NCBI RefSeq assembly: GCF_963921235.1
Contig: NC_086097.1
Span: 255,752,001 to 255,816,000, forward strand
Direction: 5' to 3'
Length of the DNA: 64,000 nucleotides
Source of the DNA: Mobula hypostoma
Lineage: Eukaryota
The translations under genes and the position numbers were made by a program. Of this stretch, positions 48,700-61,626 are shown piece by piece. How positions within the stretch are numbered: the first letter of the stretch is position 1; the number at the start of each line of letters is the position of its first letter. Below the pieces are notes generated by a model. That model searched no databases, was not told the DNA's origin, and saw only the letters and a program-made list of their open reading frames with translations.

Positions 48700-50560
48700 T
48701 ACCATACTGCCCTCATTGCTGGGGAGAAAGCTCTGTTCAATGCAGGTTGGCACTTCCCAACTACTTGACTGGCAGACCGCAATTTGTGCAGCTTCAGAAC
48801 TGTGTGTCAGATATCACTATAAGCAGCACTGGGGTCCCAGTAGGGACTGTATTGGCTCCCTTCCTGTTCATCTTGGACTTTAGGTACAACAGAATCATAT
48901 CATTTGCAGAAATTCTCTGAGTCAGCAATAATTGGGTGTATAAAGGGAGGACAGGAGGATGCATACAGGACCCTGGTGGAGGTCTTTATCAAATGGTGCA
49001 AGTTGAATCATCTGCAGATCAACATCAGTATGACAAAGGAGATGGTGATGGACTTTAGGAAGGCAAAGCTGCAAGGCTCCCTGTTACTTTTAATGGTGAG
49101 AACATGGAGCTGGTGAGGACCTACAATTACCTGGGGGTGCTCCTGAATGACAGACTTGAACCACAAGACAGAAGCAGAATTAGGTCATTCAGTCCATAGA
49201 GTCTGCTCTGCCATTTCATCATGGATGATCCCGGATCCCACTCAACCCCATACACCTGCTTTCTTGGCATAGCCTTTGATGCCCTGACCAATCAGGAAAC
49301 TCAAGTTTTGCTTTAAATATACCCACAGACTTTGCCTCCACAGCGGTCTGTGGCAGAGCATTCCACAGATTCACTACCTACTGGCTAAAAAATTTCCTCC
49401 TAACCTCTGTTCTAAAAGGTCAGCCCTCAATTTTCAGGCTGTGCTCTAGTTCCGGATACCCCCACCATAGGAAAAATCCTGTCAAATCCACATTATCTAC
49501 TCCTTTCAACATTCGGTAGGTTTCAATAAGACGCCACTGCATTCTCCTAAATTCCAATAGGCATAGACCAAAGCTGCCAAAAGCTCCAAAAACACATCCT
49601 TTGAGATTAGGGACCCAAAACTGTTGACAATATTCCAAGTGCGGCCTGACCAGTATCTTATAAAGGTGCAGCATCACTTCCTTGTTTTTATATTCTACTC
49701 CCATTGAAATAAATGCCAACATTGCATTTGACTTCTTTACCACAGACTCAACCTGTAAATTAACCTTCTGGGAGTCTTGCCAGATTCCCAAGTCCCTCCG
49801 CACCTCTGATGTTTGAACCTTCTCCCCATTTAGATAATAATCCACACTATTGTTCCTTTTACCAAAATGAATTATTGTACATTTCCCAACACTCTATTCC
49901 ATCTGCCACTTGTTTGTCCATTCTTCCATTTAGTCCAAGTCCAGCTGGAATTGCATTGCTTCCTCAGCCCTACCTACCCCTCCACCTATCTTGGTATCAT
50001 CTACAAACCTTGCCGCAAAGCCGTCAATTCTATTATCTAAAATAATCATTTACAAACTGAAAAGTAGCAGTCCCAACGCTAACCCCCAAGAAACATCAGT
50101 AGTCACAGGCAGCCAACCAGAAAAGGGAATCTTTATTCCTACTCGCTGCCTCCTGCTTATCAGCCATTCTGCTATCCATGCCAGCATCTTTCCTGTAACG
50201 CCATAGGATTTTATCTTAAGCATCGTCGTGTGGCACCTTATCAAATGCCTTCTGAAAATTCAAGTAAATGACATCCACCATTACTCCTTTGTCTCCATTT
50301 AGCTGTTTAACACACCCTGTGCAACACGACCATCACTGCTTAAATGGACAGTGTGATTGTGCGCCCAATACTGCATCATATTTTGGTAATTCTTGCACTA
50401 CCATATTATCAGTGTGAACTTGGAAACTTTGTGCATCTTATTTTTTTTTTAAGTTTACTTATTTTTTCACTCTTTCTTACATCTCTTCTAATATTTGTCT
50501 ATCTGTGCATTTGTAATGCTACTGTGACACCAATTTCTTTGGGGATCAATAAAGTATCGA
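48700..50560. mobile_element. Rex1-like fragment (plus) interrupted by a decayed CR1 (minus, about 49160-50290)
   Basis: WCKLNHLQINIS.TKEMVMDFRK on plus; VRPHLEYCQQFW on minus; GGGATCAATAAAGTA tail at about 50543. Confidence 0.7.
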
Positions 50561-51611
50561 TCCAAAGTGCAGTTAAAGTGCTGATACACGCTTGCTGGTA
50601 TAGCATGGTGTCAAATATTTGACCCAACATCCTCTCCAAACAGCAGCAAACACTAACAAAACTGAATTTTGAGTTTATCATTAAATGATATTAAACTTTC
50701 AGGGGAACTTCAATATCCGTACTTTGTTGTCCTAATCAGATCATAGATACCAAGGAGATGTCAGGAACAGGTTTATCCACAGAGTGGTGGGTGCATGGAA
50801 TGCATTGCTGGTGGTGGAGGAAACTGATACAGTAGGGTCTTTTAAGAGCCTCTTAGATGGGTACATGGAGTTTGGAAAAATAGAGGGCGATGCGCTAGGG
50901 AAATTCAAGGCAGTTTCTAGAGTAGGCTGCATGGTTGGCACATATTGTGGGCCGAAGGGCCTGTAATGTGCTGCAGATTTCTATGTTCTGTGTTCATGCT
51001 TTCTATACAAAGCTCTCCATTCCAAACAAATGCATAAGCAGGCCTGGCTTGTTAATTTGCAGGGGAGAATCCACATAGAGTGGCACCAGCTGCTGGGATA
51101 GAAGAGATAGAAATCTCCCTGGTGGGTAGAATTCAACCTTCTATCAGGTCCAAAATTATTCTTAAAATGTCAATGTAGGTGATCTTACAGTACACCAGCC
51201 AATACACTTCGCAGCTTTTACATTGTCATACCAAATCTGCAGGTTTCCCTACCGATGGAATCAATCAGCATCCAGCTAGAATTAACTCAGTCAAAGATGC
51301 TAAAAAGTATGCCAATTTTCTTAAATGTCATATTGCATTATAGCTCAAAGCAATCTAAACAGATCTAAACAGTGGTGTGGAGTTGATGCTTCAAGCCTGA
51401 AGTCCGTTTTCTCCTCTAGTACTTCTACCACACTTGTGATTGTCTGGTCTGTTTTCCCCAGGGCTGAAGTTATGAATATGCATAGCTATTGAAGTTTAGT
51501 CTTGCAGTTCTCTCTGCGAATGGCAGAAGACTATGTCAACAAGAACCACACAGTATTGAAATACAAGCAGCCAAGGCCTTTGAAATCCAGCTTGTCTTGC
51601 TTACATAGGAG

Positions 51612-54600
51612 TATAGAAACCATAGAAACTACAGCACAGAAACAGGTCTTTTGGCCCTTCTTGGCTGTGCCAAACCATTTTCTGCCTAGTCCCACTGACC
51701 TGCACACGGACCATATCCCTCCATACACCTCCCATCCATGTATCTGTCCAATTTATTCTTAAATGTTAAAAAAGAACCCGCATTTACCACCTCCTCTGGC
51801 AACTCATTCCATACTCCCACCACTCTGTGTGAAGCCCCCCCTAATGTTCCCTTTAAACTTTCCCCCCCTCACCCTAAATCCATGTCCTCTGGTTTTTTTT
51901 CTCCCCCTGCCTCAGTGGAAAAAGCCTGCTTGCATTCACTCTATCTATACCCATCATAATTTTATATACCTCTATCAAATCTCCCCTCATTCTTCTACAC
52001 TCCAGGGAATAAAGTCCCAACCTATTCAACCTTTCTCTGTAACTGAGTTTCTCAAGTCCCGGCAACATCCTTGTAAACCTTCTCTGCACTCTTTCAACCT
52101 TATTTATATCCTTCCTGTAATTTGGTGACCAAAACTGAACACAATACTCCAGATTCGGCCTCACCAATGTCTTATACAACCTCATCATAACATTCCAGCT
52201 CTTATACTCAATACTTCGATTAATAAAGGCCAATGTATCAAAAGCTCTCTTTACGACCCTATCTACCTGTGACGACACTTTTAGGGAATTTTGTATCTGT
52301 ATTCCCAGATCCCTCTGTTCCACTGCACTCCTCAGCGCCTTACCATTAACCCTGTATGTTCTACCTTGGTTTGTCCTTCCAACGTGCAATACCTCACACT
52401 TGTCAGTATTAAACTCCATCTGCCATTTTTTAAGCCCATTTTTCCAGCTGGTCCAAGTCCCTCTGCAGGCTCTGAAAACCTTCCTCACTGTCTACACCTC
52501 CAATCTTTGTATCATCAGCAAATTTGCTGATCCAATTTACCACATTATCATCCAGATCATTAATATAGATGACAAATAACAATGGACCCAGCACTGATCC
52601 CTGTGGCACACCACTAGTCACAGGCCTCCACTCAGAGAAGCAATTCTCTACCACCACTCTCTGGCTTCTTCCATCGAGCCAATGTCTAATCCAATTTACC
52701 ACCTCTCCATGTATACCTAGCAACTGAATTTTCCTAACTAACCTCCCATGCGGGACTTTGTCAAAGGCCTTACTGAAGTCCATGAAGACAATATCCACTG
52801 CCTTCCCTTCATCCACTTTCCTGGTAACCTCCTTGAAAAACTCCAATAGATTGTTCAAACATGACCTACCACGCACAAAGCCATGTTGACTCTCCCTAAT
52901 AAGTCCCTGTCTATCCAAATGCTTGTAGATTCTGTCTCTTAGTACTCCCTCCAATAACTTACCTACTACCAACGTTAAACTTACTAGCCTATAATTTCCC
53001 GGATTACTTTTCGATCCTTTTTTAAACAATGGAACAACAAGAGCCACTCTCCAATCTTCCGGCACCTCACCTGTAGACAGCGACATTTTAAATATTTCTG
53101 CCAGGGCCCCTGCAATTTCAGCACTAGTCTCCTTCAAGGTCCGAGGGAACACCCTGTCAGGTCCTGGGGATTTATCCACTTTATTTTTCCTCAAGACAGC
53201 AAGCACCTCCTCCTTTTCAATCTGTACAGTTTCCATGATCTCACTACTTGTTTCCCTTAATTCCATAGACTTCATGCCAGTTTCCTTAGTAAACACAGAC
53301 GCAAAAAACCTATTTAAGATCTCCCCCATTTCCTTTGGTTCCACACATAGCCGACCACTCTGATCTTCAAGAGGATCAATTTTATCCCTTACAATCCTTT
53401 TGCTCTTAATATACCTGTAAAAGCTCTTTGGATTATCCTTCACTTTGACTGCCAAGGCAACCTCATGTCTTCTTTTAGCCCTCCTGATTTCTTTAAGTAT
53501 TTTCTTGCACTTCTTATACTCCTCAAGCACCTTATTTACTCCCTGCTTCCTATACACGTCATACAACTCCCTCCTCTTCTTTATCAAAGTTGCAATATCG
53601 CTTGAGAACCAAGGTTCCTTATTCCTATTCACCTTGCCTTTAATCCTGACAGGAACATACAAATTCTGCACTCTCAAAATTTCTGCTTTGAAGGCTTCCC
53701 ACCTACCGATCACATCCATGCCAGAGAACAACCTGTCCCAATCCACACTTTTTAGATCCTTTCTCATTTCTTCAAATTTGACCTTCTTCCAGTTCAGAAC
53801 CTCAACCCTAGGACCAGATCTATCCTTGTCCATGATCAAGTTGAAACTAATGGTGTTATGATCACTGGAACCAAAGTGCTCCCCTACACAGACTTCCGTC
53901 ACTTGTCCTAACTCGTTTCCTAACAGGAGATCCAATGTTGCATCCCCTCTAGTTGGTCCCTCTATATATTGATTTAGAAAACTTTCCTGAACACATTTTA
54001 CAAACTCTAAACCATCTAGACCCCTAACAGTATGGGAGTCCCAATCAATGTATGGAAAATTAAAATCCCCTACCACCACAACTTTATGTTTCCTGCAGTT
54101 GCCTGCTATCTCTCTCTGCAGATTTGCACTTCCAATTCTCTTTGACTATTGGGTGGTCTGTAATACAATCCCACTAATGTGGCCATACCTTTCCTGTTTC
54201 TCAGCTCCACCCACAAGGACTCAGTAGACAAGCCCTCTAATCTGTCCTGCCTGAGCACTGCTGTAATATTTTCCCTAACAAGCAATGCCACTCCCCCACC
54301 TTTCATTCCTCTGCCTCGATCACATCTGAAACATCGGAACCCTGGAATATTAAGCTGCCAGTCCTGCCCCTCCTGTAGCCAAGTTTCACTAATTGTTACA
54401 ACGTCATAATTCCACGTGTCAATCCATGCCCTCAACTCATCCGCCTTCCCAACAATACTCCTAGCATTGAAATATATACACCTCAGAAGATTTTTACCAC
54501 CACTCACAACCTTTCTATCAGCGGATTTGCTTAAACTTTTAACATCATTTATTTTCACCCCAGCCACACTGTCAGCTCTGGTACTGTGGTTCCCATCCCC

Positions 54601-54870
54601 CTGCAAATCTAGTTTAAAGCCTCCCCAATAGCATTAACAAACCTCCCTGAAAGGATATTGGTCCCCCTGTAGTTCAAGTGTAACCCGTCTCTCTTGTACA
54701 GGTCCCACCTGACCCAGAAGAGGTCCCAATGATCCCGAAATCTGAAACCCTGCCCCCTACACCAGTTCCTTAGCCACTTGTTCAACCTCCAGAGCATCCT
54801 ATTCCTACCCTCACTGGCACCTAGCACAGGTAGCAATCCTGAGATTACCACCCTCGAGGTCCTGCTTTTC
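51612..54870 (-). mobile_element. CR1 LINE, 5'-truncated in ORF1, ORF2 with a few frameshifts
   Basis: ORFs 54609-54872 (ORF1 end, ALN*), 54106-54606, 52430-54079 and 51874-52488; (TTTCTATGG)n-type tail. Confidence 0.92.
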
Positions 54871-55037
54871 ATATTTCACTGACATCTTTCACTCCTATCC
54901 CAGTATCACCTGCTGCTGCTCTAATTGGATTATCTCTGAGATCAATGAACTCAGTCACCAAAAATGCAAAATCAGCTTAAATTAGGTCATGCATAAATGA
55001 AATCTATAGCCATATTAAAAGGTAAATGTCTTCTTAC

Positions 55038-55133
55038 CGTACTCTGCATCATCAAGTGACTGAGTAGCTGACTTGGGTTTCGCACCGACTTTATTCCAAT
55101 ATTCATCCACAGAATCTTCACTTGCATTTTGTA
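55038..55133 (-). CDS. Candidate internal exon of the same gene (LQNASEDSVDEYWNKVGAKPKSATQSLDDAEY)
   Basis: Donor ACG|GTAAGA at 55038. Acceptor TTGAAG| at 55133 is the first AG after a CTGAT branch-like motif; an alternative in-frame acceptor lies at 55202. 96 nt, phase 1/1, open frame. Confidence 0.5.
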
Positions 55134-55321
55134 CTTCAACACCAGATTGAGAGATGAATGAATCAGTATTGAAAATATTCATAAAGTTATTGTTAAGTAG
55201 ACCTGATTAGTCCTCACTAATTTGATACTTGGGAAGCTGGTGATACATGCAACTCTTGCCCTTTTATGGGAGAAATAACTTACAAGTGTAGGCAATTATC
55301 ATTGTTAAGCATCATACTTAC

Positions 55322-55393
55322 AAGTGCTATTTGAATATTCGGTTTTGTCCAAATCTAATGCAATTTTTAAAATGGGTTTTATTCTTGCAGAAC
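55322..55393 (-). CDS. Candidate internal exon of an unidentified gene (xSARIKPILKIALDLDKTEYSNST)
   Basis: 72 nt, acceptor TGCTCTACAG|G, donor CTT|GTAAGT, open frame, phase 1 at both ends, non-repeat context. Confidence 0.45.
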
Positions 55394-55667
55394 CTGTAGA
55401 GCAACTGTTATGCCATGTTATTGATGGGCCCATTGAATGCAAGCGTAAACCAGCTAGACCCACTTCCCTGAACACAACTTGGCTCTTCAACTTCTCTTTC
55501 AGAGACTTATTTCCCTCTTAATGCTACCACTAAGATTAGACCTTTCTCCTGCCTTCTCCCCATAACCTTTCAAAGGGTTACTGACTGATACACATCTTTT
55601 TCTTATTTAATTCCTGAGAGAACAGGGGGTATGGCTGCAGAGTCTTTTCTATTGTGGGTGTCAGGTG

Positions 55668-56812
55668 TTGTCTACGCCCACCTGGACAAGACAGCGAGCA
55701 CTGTGAGGGTCATGTTTTTTGACTTCTCCAGTGCATTCAACACCATCTGCCCTGCTCTGCTGGGGAGGAAGCTGACAGCGATGCAGGTGGATGCTTCCCT
55801 GGTATCATGGATTCTTGATTACCTGACCGGCAGACCACAGTACGTGTGCTTGCAACACTGTGTGTCCAACAGAGTGATCAGCAGCACTGGGGCTCCACAG
55901 GGGACTGTCTTGTCTCCCTTTCTCTTCACCATTTACACCTCGGACTTCAACTACTGCACAGAGTCTTGTCATCTTCAGAAGTTTTCTGATGACTCTGCCA
56001 TGGTTGGATGCATCAGCAAGGGAGATGAGGCTGAGTACAGGGCTACGGTAGGAAACTTTGTCACATGGTGTGAGCAGAATTATCTGCAGCTTAATGTGAA
56101 AAAGAATAAGGAGCTGGTGGTAGACCTGAGGAGAGCTAAGGTACCGGTGACCCCTGTTTCCATCCAGGGGGTCAGGGTGGACATGGTGGAGGATTACAAA
56201 TACCTGGGGATACATATTGACAATAAACTGGACTGGTCAAAGAACACTGAGGCTGTCTACAAGAAGGGTCAGAGCTGTCTCTATTTCCTGAGGAGACTGA
56301 GGTCCTTTAACATCTGCTGGACGATGCTGAGGATGTTCTACGAGTCTGTGGTGGCCAGTGCTATCATGTTTGCTGTTGTGTGCTGGGGCAGCAGGCTGAG
56401 GGTAGCAGACACCAACAGAACCATCAAACTCATTCGTAAGGCCAGTGATGTTGTGGGGATGGAACTGGACTCTCTGACAGTGGTGTCTGAAAAGAGGATA
56501 CTGTCCAATGTCTCCCATCCACTACATAATGTACTGGGTGGGCACAGGAGTACATTCAGCTAGAGACTCATTCCACCGAGATGCAACACAGAGCGTCATA
56601 GGAAGTCATTCCTGCCTGTGGCCATCAAACTTACAACTCCTCCCTTGGAGGGTCAGACACCGAGCCAATAGGCTGGTCCTGGACTTATTTCCTGGCATAA
56701 TTTACATATTACTATTTAACTATTCATGGTTTTATTACTATTATTTATGGTGGGTACAACTGTAACAAAAACCAATTTCCCCCAGGATCAATAAAGTATG
56801 ACTATGACTATT
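55668..56812 (+). mobile_element. Rex1/Babar-type LINE, 3' part
   Basis: VRVMFFDFSSAFNTI, GAPQGTVLSPFLF, KFSDD, LNVKK.KELVVD.RR, YKYLG; ends AATAAAGTATGACTATGACTAT. Confidence 0.82.
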
Positions 56813-57009
56813 TCCAGGAGACTACCAGCCTCTGCAATGGCCACATCTGCATCGAGATGCAACTCCTTAGAAACCGTGTTAGGGAACTGAAGCTGCAGCT
56901 CAAAGACCATCAGCTTGTTAGGGAAAGTGAAGCAGTGATAGACAGGAGCTACAAGGAGGTAGTAACAACACTTCCCCCCCCCCCCCCCAAGGCTACAAGA
57001 GACAGATAA

Positions 57010-60000
57010 TTAAAATCACATTGGAGCAAAATTAGGCCATCTGGCCCATCAAGTCTGCTCTGCCATTCAATCATGGATGATCATTTATCTCCTCCTCAAC
57101 CCAAGTTCTCGGCTTTCTCCCCGTAACCTTTGACGCCATGTCCAATCAAGAAACTATCAATCTCTGCCTTAAATACACTCAACGACCTGGCCTCCACCGC
57201 TGCACGTGACAAATTACACGAATTCACCACCCTTTGGCTAAAGGAATTTCTCTGTATCTGTTTTAAATGAACACCCCTCTATCCTGAGGCTGTGCGCCCT
57301 TGTCGTAGACTCTCCCACTATGGGAAACATCCTTTCCACATCTACTCTGTTTAGGCCTTTCAACATTCAAAAGGTTTCAATGAGATTCTCCCCCCCCCCC
57401 CACCCAATCCTTCTGAATTCCAGTGAGTATAGACCCATCAAAATTCCCCGTATGATAGCCCTTCCATTCCTGGAATCGTCCTTGTAAACCTCCTCTGGAC
57501 CCTTTCCAATGTTGGCACATCTTTTCTAAGGTGAGGAGCCTAAAACTGTTCAATACTCAAGGTGAGGCCTCACCAGTGCATTATAAAGCCTCAGCATCAC
57601 ATCCCTACTCTTGTATTCTATACCTCTTGAAATGAATGCTAACATGGCATTTACCTTCCTCACCACCGACTCTACCTGCAAGTTAACTTTCAGGGTGTTC
57701 TGCACAAGGATTCCCAAATCCCTCTGCATCTCAGATTCCTGGATTTCCTCCTCATTTAGAAAATAGTCCACACATTTATTTCTACCACCAAAGTAAATGA
57801 CCATGTATTTGTCAACATTGCATTTAATTTGCCACTTTCTTAGCCATTCTCCTAATCTGTCTAAATCCTTCCGCATCCTACCCATTTCCTCAACACTACT
57901 GACCCCTCCACCAATATTTGTATTATCTGCAGACTTGGCAACAAAGCCATCTATTCCATCATCTAAATCATTTATATACAGCATAAAAAGTGGTCCCAAC
58001 ACCGACCCTATGCAGCAACACTAGTCACTGGCATCAATCAGAAAATGATCCTTTTATTCCTACTCACTGCCTCCTACCTATCAGCCAACACCTAAATGTG
58101 TTAGTAACTTTCCTATAATACCATGGGCTCTTCACTTGGTAAGCAGTGTCATGCGTAGCATCTTGTCAAAGGCCTTCTGAAAGTCCAAATATACAACATC
58201 CACTGCAAACCCTTTATCTATCCTACTTATAGTCTCTTGAAATGAGAGTTAGATAGATTGCTGAAGAGATAACAGATGCTTGGTCATAATCTTTCAAGAA
58301 ACACTTGATTCTGGCATAGTCTCAGGACTGGAAGATTGCAAACATCACTCCACTGTTTATGAAGGGAGAAAGGCAGAAGAAAGGAAATTATAGATCAGTT
58401 AGCCTAACCTCAGTGACTGGGAAAGTGTTGGAGTCTATTATTAAGGATGAGGTTTCTGTGTTCTTGGAGACTAATGATAAATAAATCAAAGCCAGGATGA
58501 TTTCTGTAAAGGGACATCTTGCCTGACAAATCTGTTAGAGTTCTTCGAGGAAGTAACAAGCAGGGTGGACAAAGGAGAGGCAGTGAATGTCATTTACTTG
58601 GATTTTCAGAAGGCGTTTGATAAGGTGCCACACGAGGCTGCTTAACAAGATAAAATTTGATGGTGTTACAGGAAAGATATTGACATGGATATCAGAATGG
58701 CTGATAGGCAGGAGGCAGCAAGTGGAAAAGGGTCCTTTTCTGGTTGGCTGCCAGTGACTAGTGGTGTTCCGCAGGGGGTCAATATTGGGACTACTTTTCA
58801 CATTGTTTGTCAATGATTTAGATAATGGAATTGATAGCTTTGTGGCAAAGTTTACAGATGATACAAAGATAGGTGGAGGGAGGGGTGGTGCTGAGGAAGC
58901 AATGTGATTGCAGCAGGACTTGGACAAATTAGAAGAATGGGCAAAAAGTGGCAGGTGGAACACAGTGCTGGGAAAGGAACAATAGTGCGGATTATCTCAA
59001 TGGGGAGAAAGTTGAAACGGAGGTGCAGAGGGACTTCAGGGTCCTTGTGCAAGACTTCCAGGAGGTTAATTTACAGGTTGAGTCTGTGGTAAAGGAGGCA
59101 AATGCGAAGTTGGCATTTATTTTTGAGGGAAATATGAAAGCAAAGATACAATAATAAGCCTTTATGAGATACTAGCCAGTCCGCACTTGGAGTATTGTCA
59201 ACAGTTTTGGGCCCCATATCTCAGAAAGATTGTGTTGGCATTGGAGAGGATCCAGAGGTGGTTCACTCCAATGGTTCTGGTAATGAAGGGGTTAACACAC
59301 AAGGAGCATTTGACAGCTTTGGGCCTGTACACACTGAAGCTTAGAAGAATGCAGAGGGATCTCATTGAAACCTACTGAATCTTGCAATAATGAGACAGGG
59401 TGGACATGAAGACGACATTTCCTATGGTAGGGTTATCCAGAACTAAAAAGTACAGCTATAAAATTGAGGGGCAACGTTTTAAAACAGGGGCAAGGAGGGA
59501 TTTTTTTTGCTAGGATAGTGAATCTGTGGAATGCTCTACAATACACTGCAGAGGAGGCCAAGTCTGTGGGTATATAAATAAGGTTAACATGGGTCCGTGG
59601 TGCAGAGTGGAAAGAGAGAGAAGGGAGCGATAGTGATAGATGATTCAATAGTAAGAAGAACAGACAGAGATTCTGTCGATGTGAACAGGACACCCAGATG
59701 GTATGTTGCCTCCCAGGTGCCAGGGTCAGGGACATCCCAAATTGCATCCACAACATTCTGGAGAGGGAGGGAGAGCAGCCAGATGTCTTGGTACATATTG
59801 GTACCAATGGCATAGGAAGGAAAAGCAAAGTAGTCCTGAAAAGAAAATTTAGAGAGCTAGATAGAAGGCTGAGATGCAAGACCTCTAGGGTAGAAATTTC
59901 TGGATTGTTGCCTGTGCCACACACCAGTGAGGGTAGAAACAGGATGATTTGGCAGGTAAATGTGTGGCTGAGAAGCTAGTGCAGGGGGCAGGGCTTCATA

Positions 60001-60755
60001 TTCTTGGATCATTGGGATCTCTTCTGGGGAGATATGACCTGTTCAAAAGTGATGGGTTTCACCTGAACCCGAGTGGGACAAATACTCTCTCGGGCAAGTT
60101 TGTTCGGGCTGTGGGGAAGATTTTAACTAACTCTGCAGGGGGAGTGGGAACCGGAGTGATGGGACGCAGGATGGATGGTTTTAAAAAAGTAAAGGTAGCG
60201 TGCATTCAGACTGTCAGGAAGGGCAAGCAGGTGATGGGACTTAGTCACAGCCAACAGGGCGAGTATCAGTACATTAGGGATGCAAAATTAAAAAGTAGCA
60301 AATACAGTACTCAAGGTGTTGTATCTCAATGCATGCAGTATCAGAAATACGGTGGATGATCTTGTTGCACTATTACAGGTTGCCAGATATGAAGTTGTGG
60401 CCAACACTGAATCGTGGCTGAAGGACGGTTGTAGTTGGGAGCTGAATGTCCAAGGTTACACATTGTATCAGAGGGATAGGAAGGTAGGCAGAGGGGGTGG
60501 TGTGACTCTGCTGGTAAAGAATGGCATCAAATCGGTGGAAGGATGTGACATAGGATCAGATGTTAGATCCTTGTGAATCGAATTAAGAAACTGCAAGGGT
60601 AAAGGACCCTGATGGCAGGTATATACAGGTATCCCAACAGTGGCTAGGAGGTAGACCACAGGTTACAACAGGGAATAGAAAAGGCGAGTCAAAAGGGCAA
60701 GGTAATGGATAGACATGGGAGATCTTAATATGCAGTTTGATTGGGAAGATCAGGT
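57010..60755. mobile_element. Decayed CR1 cluster (minus 57010-58240, plus 58270-59580, plus ORF1/endonuclease 59586-60755)
   Basis: RPHLEY, CCLPGARVRD, HIGTN, YLNA.SIRN, ESWL motifs. Confidence 0.8.
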
Positions 60756-61328
60756 TAGAAACATAGAAAACCTACAGCACAATGCAGGCTCTTTGGCCCA
60801 CAGTGCTATGCCGAACACGTACGTACTTAGAAATTACCTGGGGTTAGGTACACCTGCAAACCTGCTCATTAATGCAAATATCTAATAAGTCAATCAGGCA
60901 ACTCAATCATAAAATCATGCAGATATGGTCAAGGAATTAACCTGTTGATCAGGCAAAAAAAATCAGAATGGGGAAGAAGTGTGATGTAACTTACTTTGAT
61001 TGCAGAATGATTTTTGGTGCCAGATGGGGTGGTTTGAGTATCTCAGAAAGTGCTGATCTCCTGGAATTTTCATGCACAAGTCTCTCGAGTTTATAGAGAA
61101 TGGTGCAGAATACAAAAAACATCCAGTGAGCAGTAGCTCTGTGGGTAAAAATATCTTTTTAAGAAAATGGAACAGAATGGCCAGACTGGTTCAAGCTGAC
61201 AGGAAGGCAACAGTAACTCAAGTAACCACGTGTTATAACAGTGGTATGCAGAAGAGCATCTGTGAACACACAGGACGTCAAACCTGAAGAGGATGCGCTG
61301 CAGCAGCAGAAAACAATGAATTTACACT

Positions 61329-61366
61329 CAGTCCTGACGAAGGGTCTCGGCCTGAAACGTCGACTG
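61329..61366 (+). ncRNA. Minimal type I hammerhead ribozyme motif (dimer type, Penelope-like)
   Basis: CAGTC-CTGACGA-AGGGTCTCGGCCT-GAAA-CGTC-GACTG. Stem I CAGTC/GACTG, core CUGANGA, stem II AGG/CCT, GAAA, palindromic ACGU in place of stem III, GUC triplet ending at 61361. Confidence 0.75.
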
Positions 61367-61462
61367 CGCCTCTTCCTATAGATGCTGCCTGGCCTGCTGC
61401 GTTCACCAGCAACTTTGATGTATGTTGCTTGAATTTCCAGCATCTGCAGAATTCCTGTTGTT
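61333..61462 (+). mobile_element. Short (130 bp) hammerhead-bearing retroelement, likely a Penelope-like-element derivative
   Basis: Flanked by a 16-bp direct repeat TGAATTTACACTCAGT (61317-61332 and 61463-61478). Absent from the paralogous segment near 22737-22752. Confidence 0.85.
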
Positions 61463-61626
61463 TGAATTTACACTCAGTGGCCACTTTATTAGGTACAGGA
61501 GGTACACAGACCACAGAAAGAAGATCCACTCCCCACCTCCCTCCTATCGCACCCCAATATATATCTAAGTAGCAAAACCTTTTAGTCTCCTGGTGTTGGC
61601 TGGAAATAAAATATACACCTGCACAC

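Larger units (their letters stand above)
60845..61505 (+). mobile_element. Tc1-like deletion derivative, paralogue of 22715-23244
   Basis: MGKKCD...GARWGGLSISESADLL and RMARLVQADRKATVTQVTT; internal CAGTGGCCACTTTATTAGGTACA. Confidence 0.75.

Noticed and set aside
51189..51236. Possible extra minus-strand exon (CAG|ATTTGG...ACT|GTAAG)
   Set aside because: Weak acceptor, and a stop codon in the phase 1 frame needed to join the other exons. It cannot be excluded as a non-coding or alternative exon.
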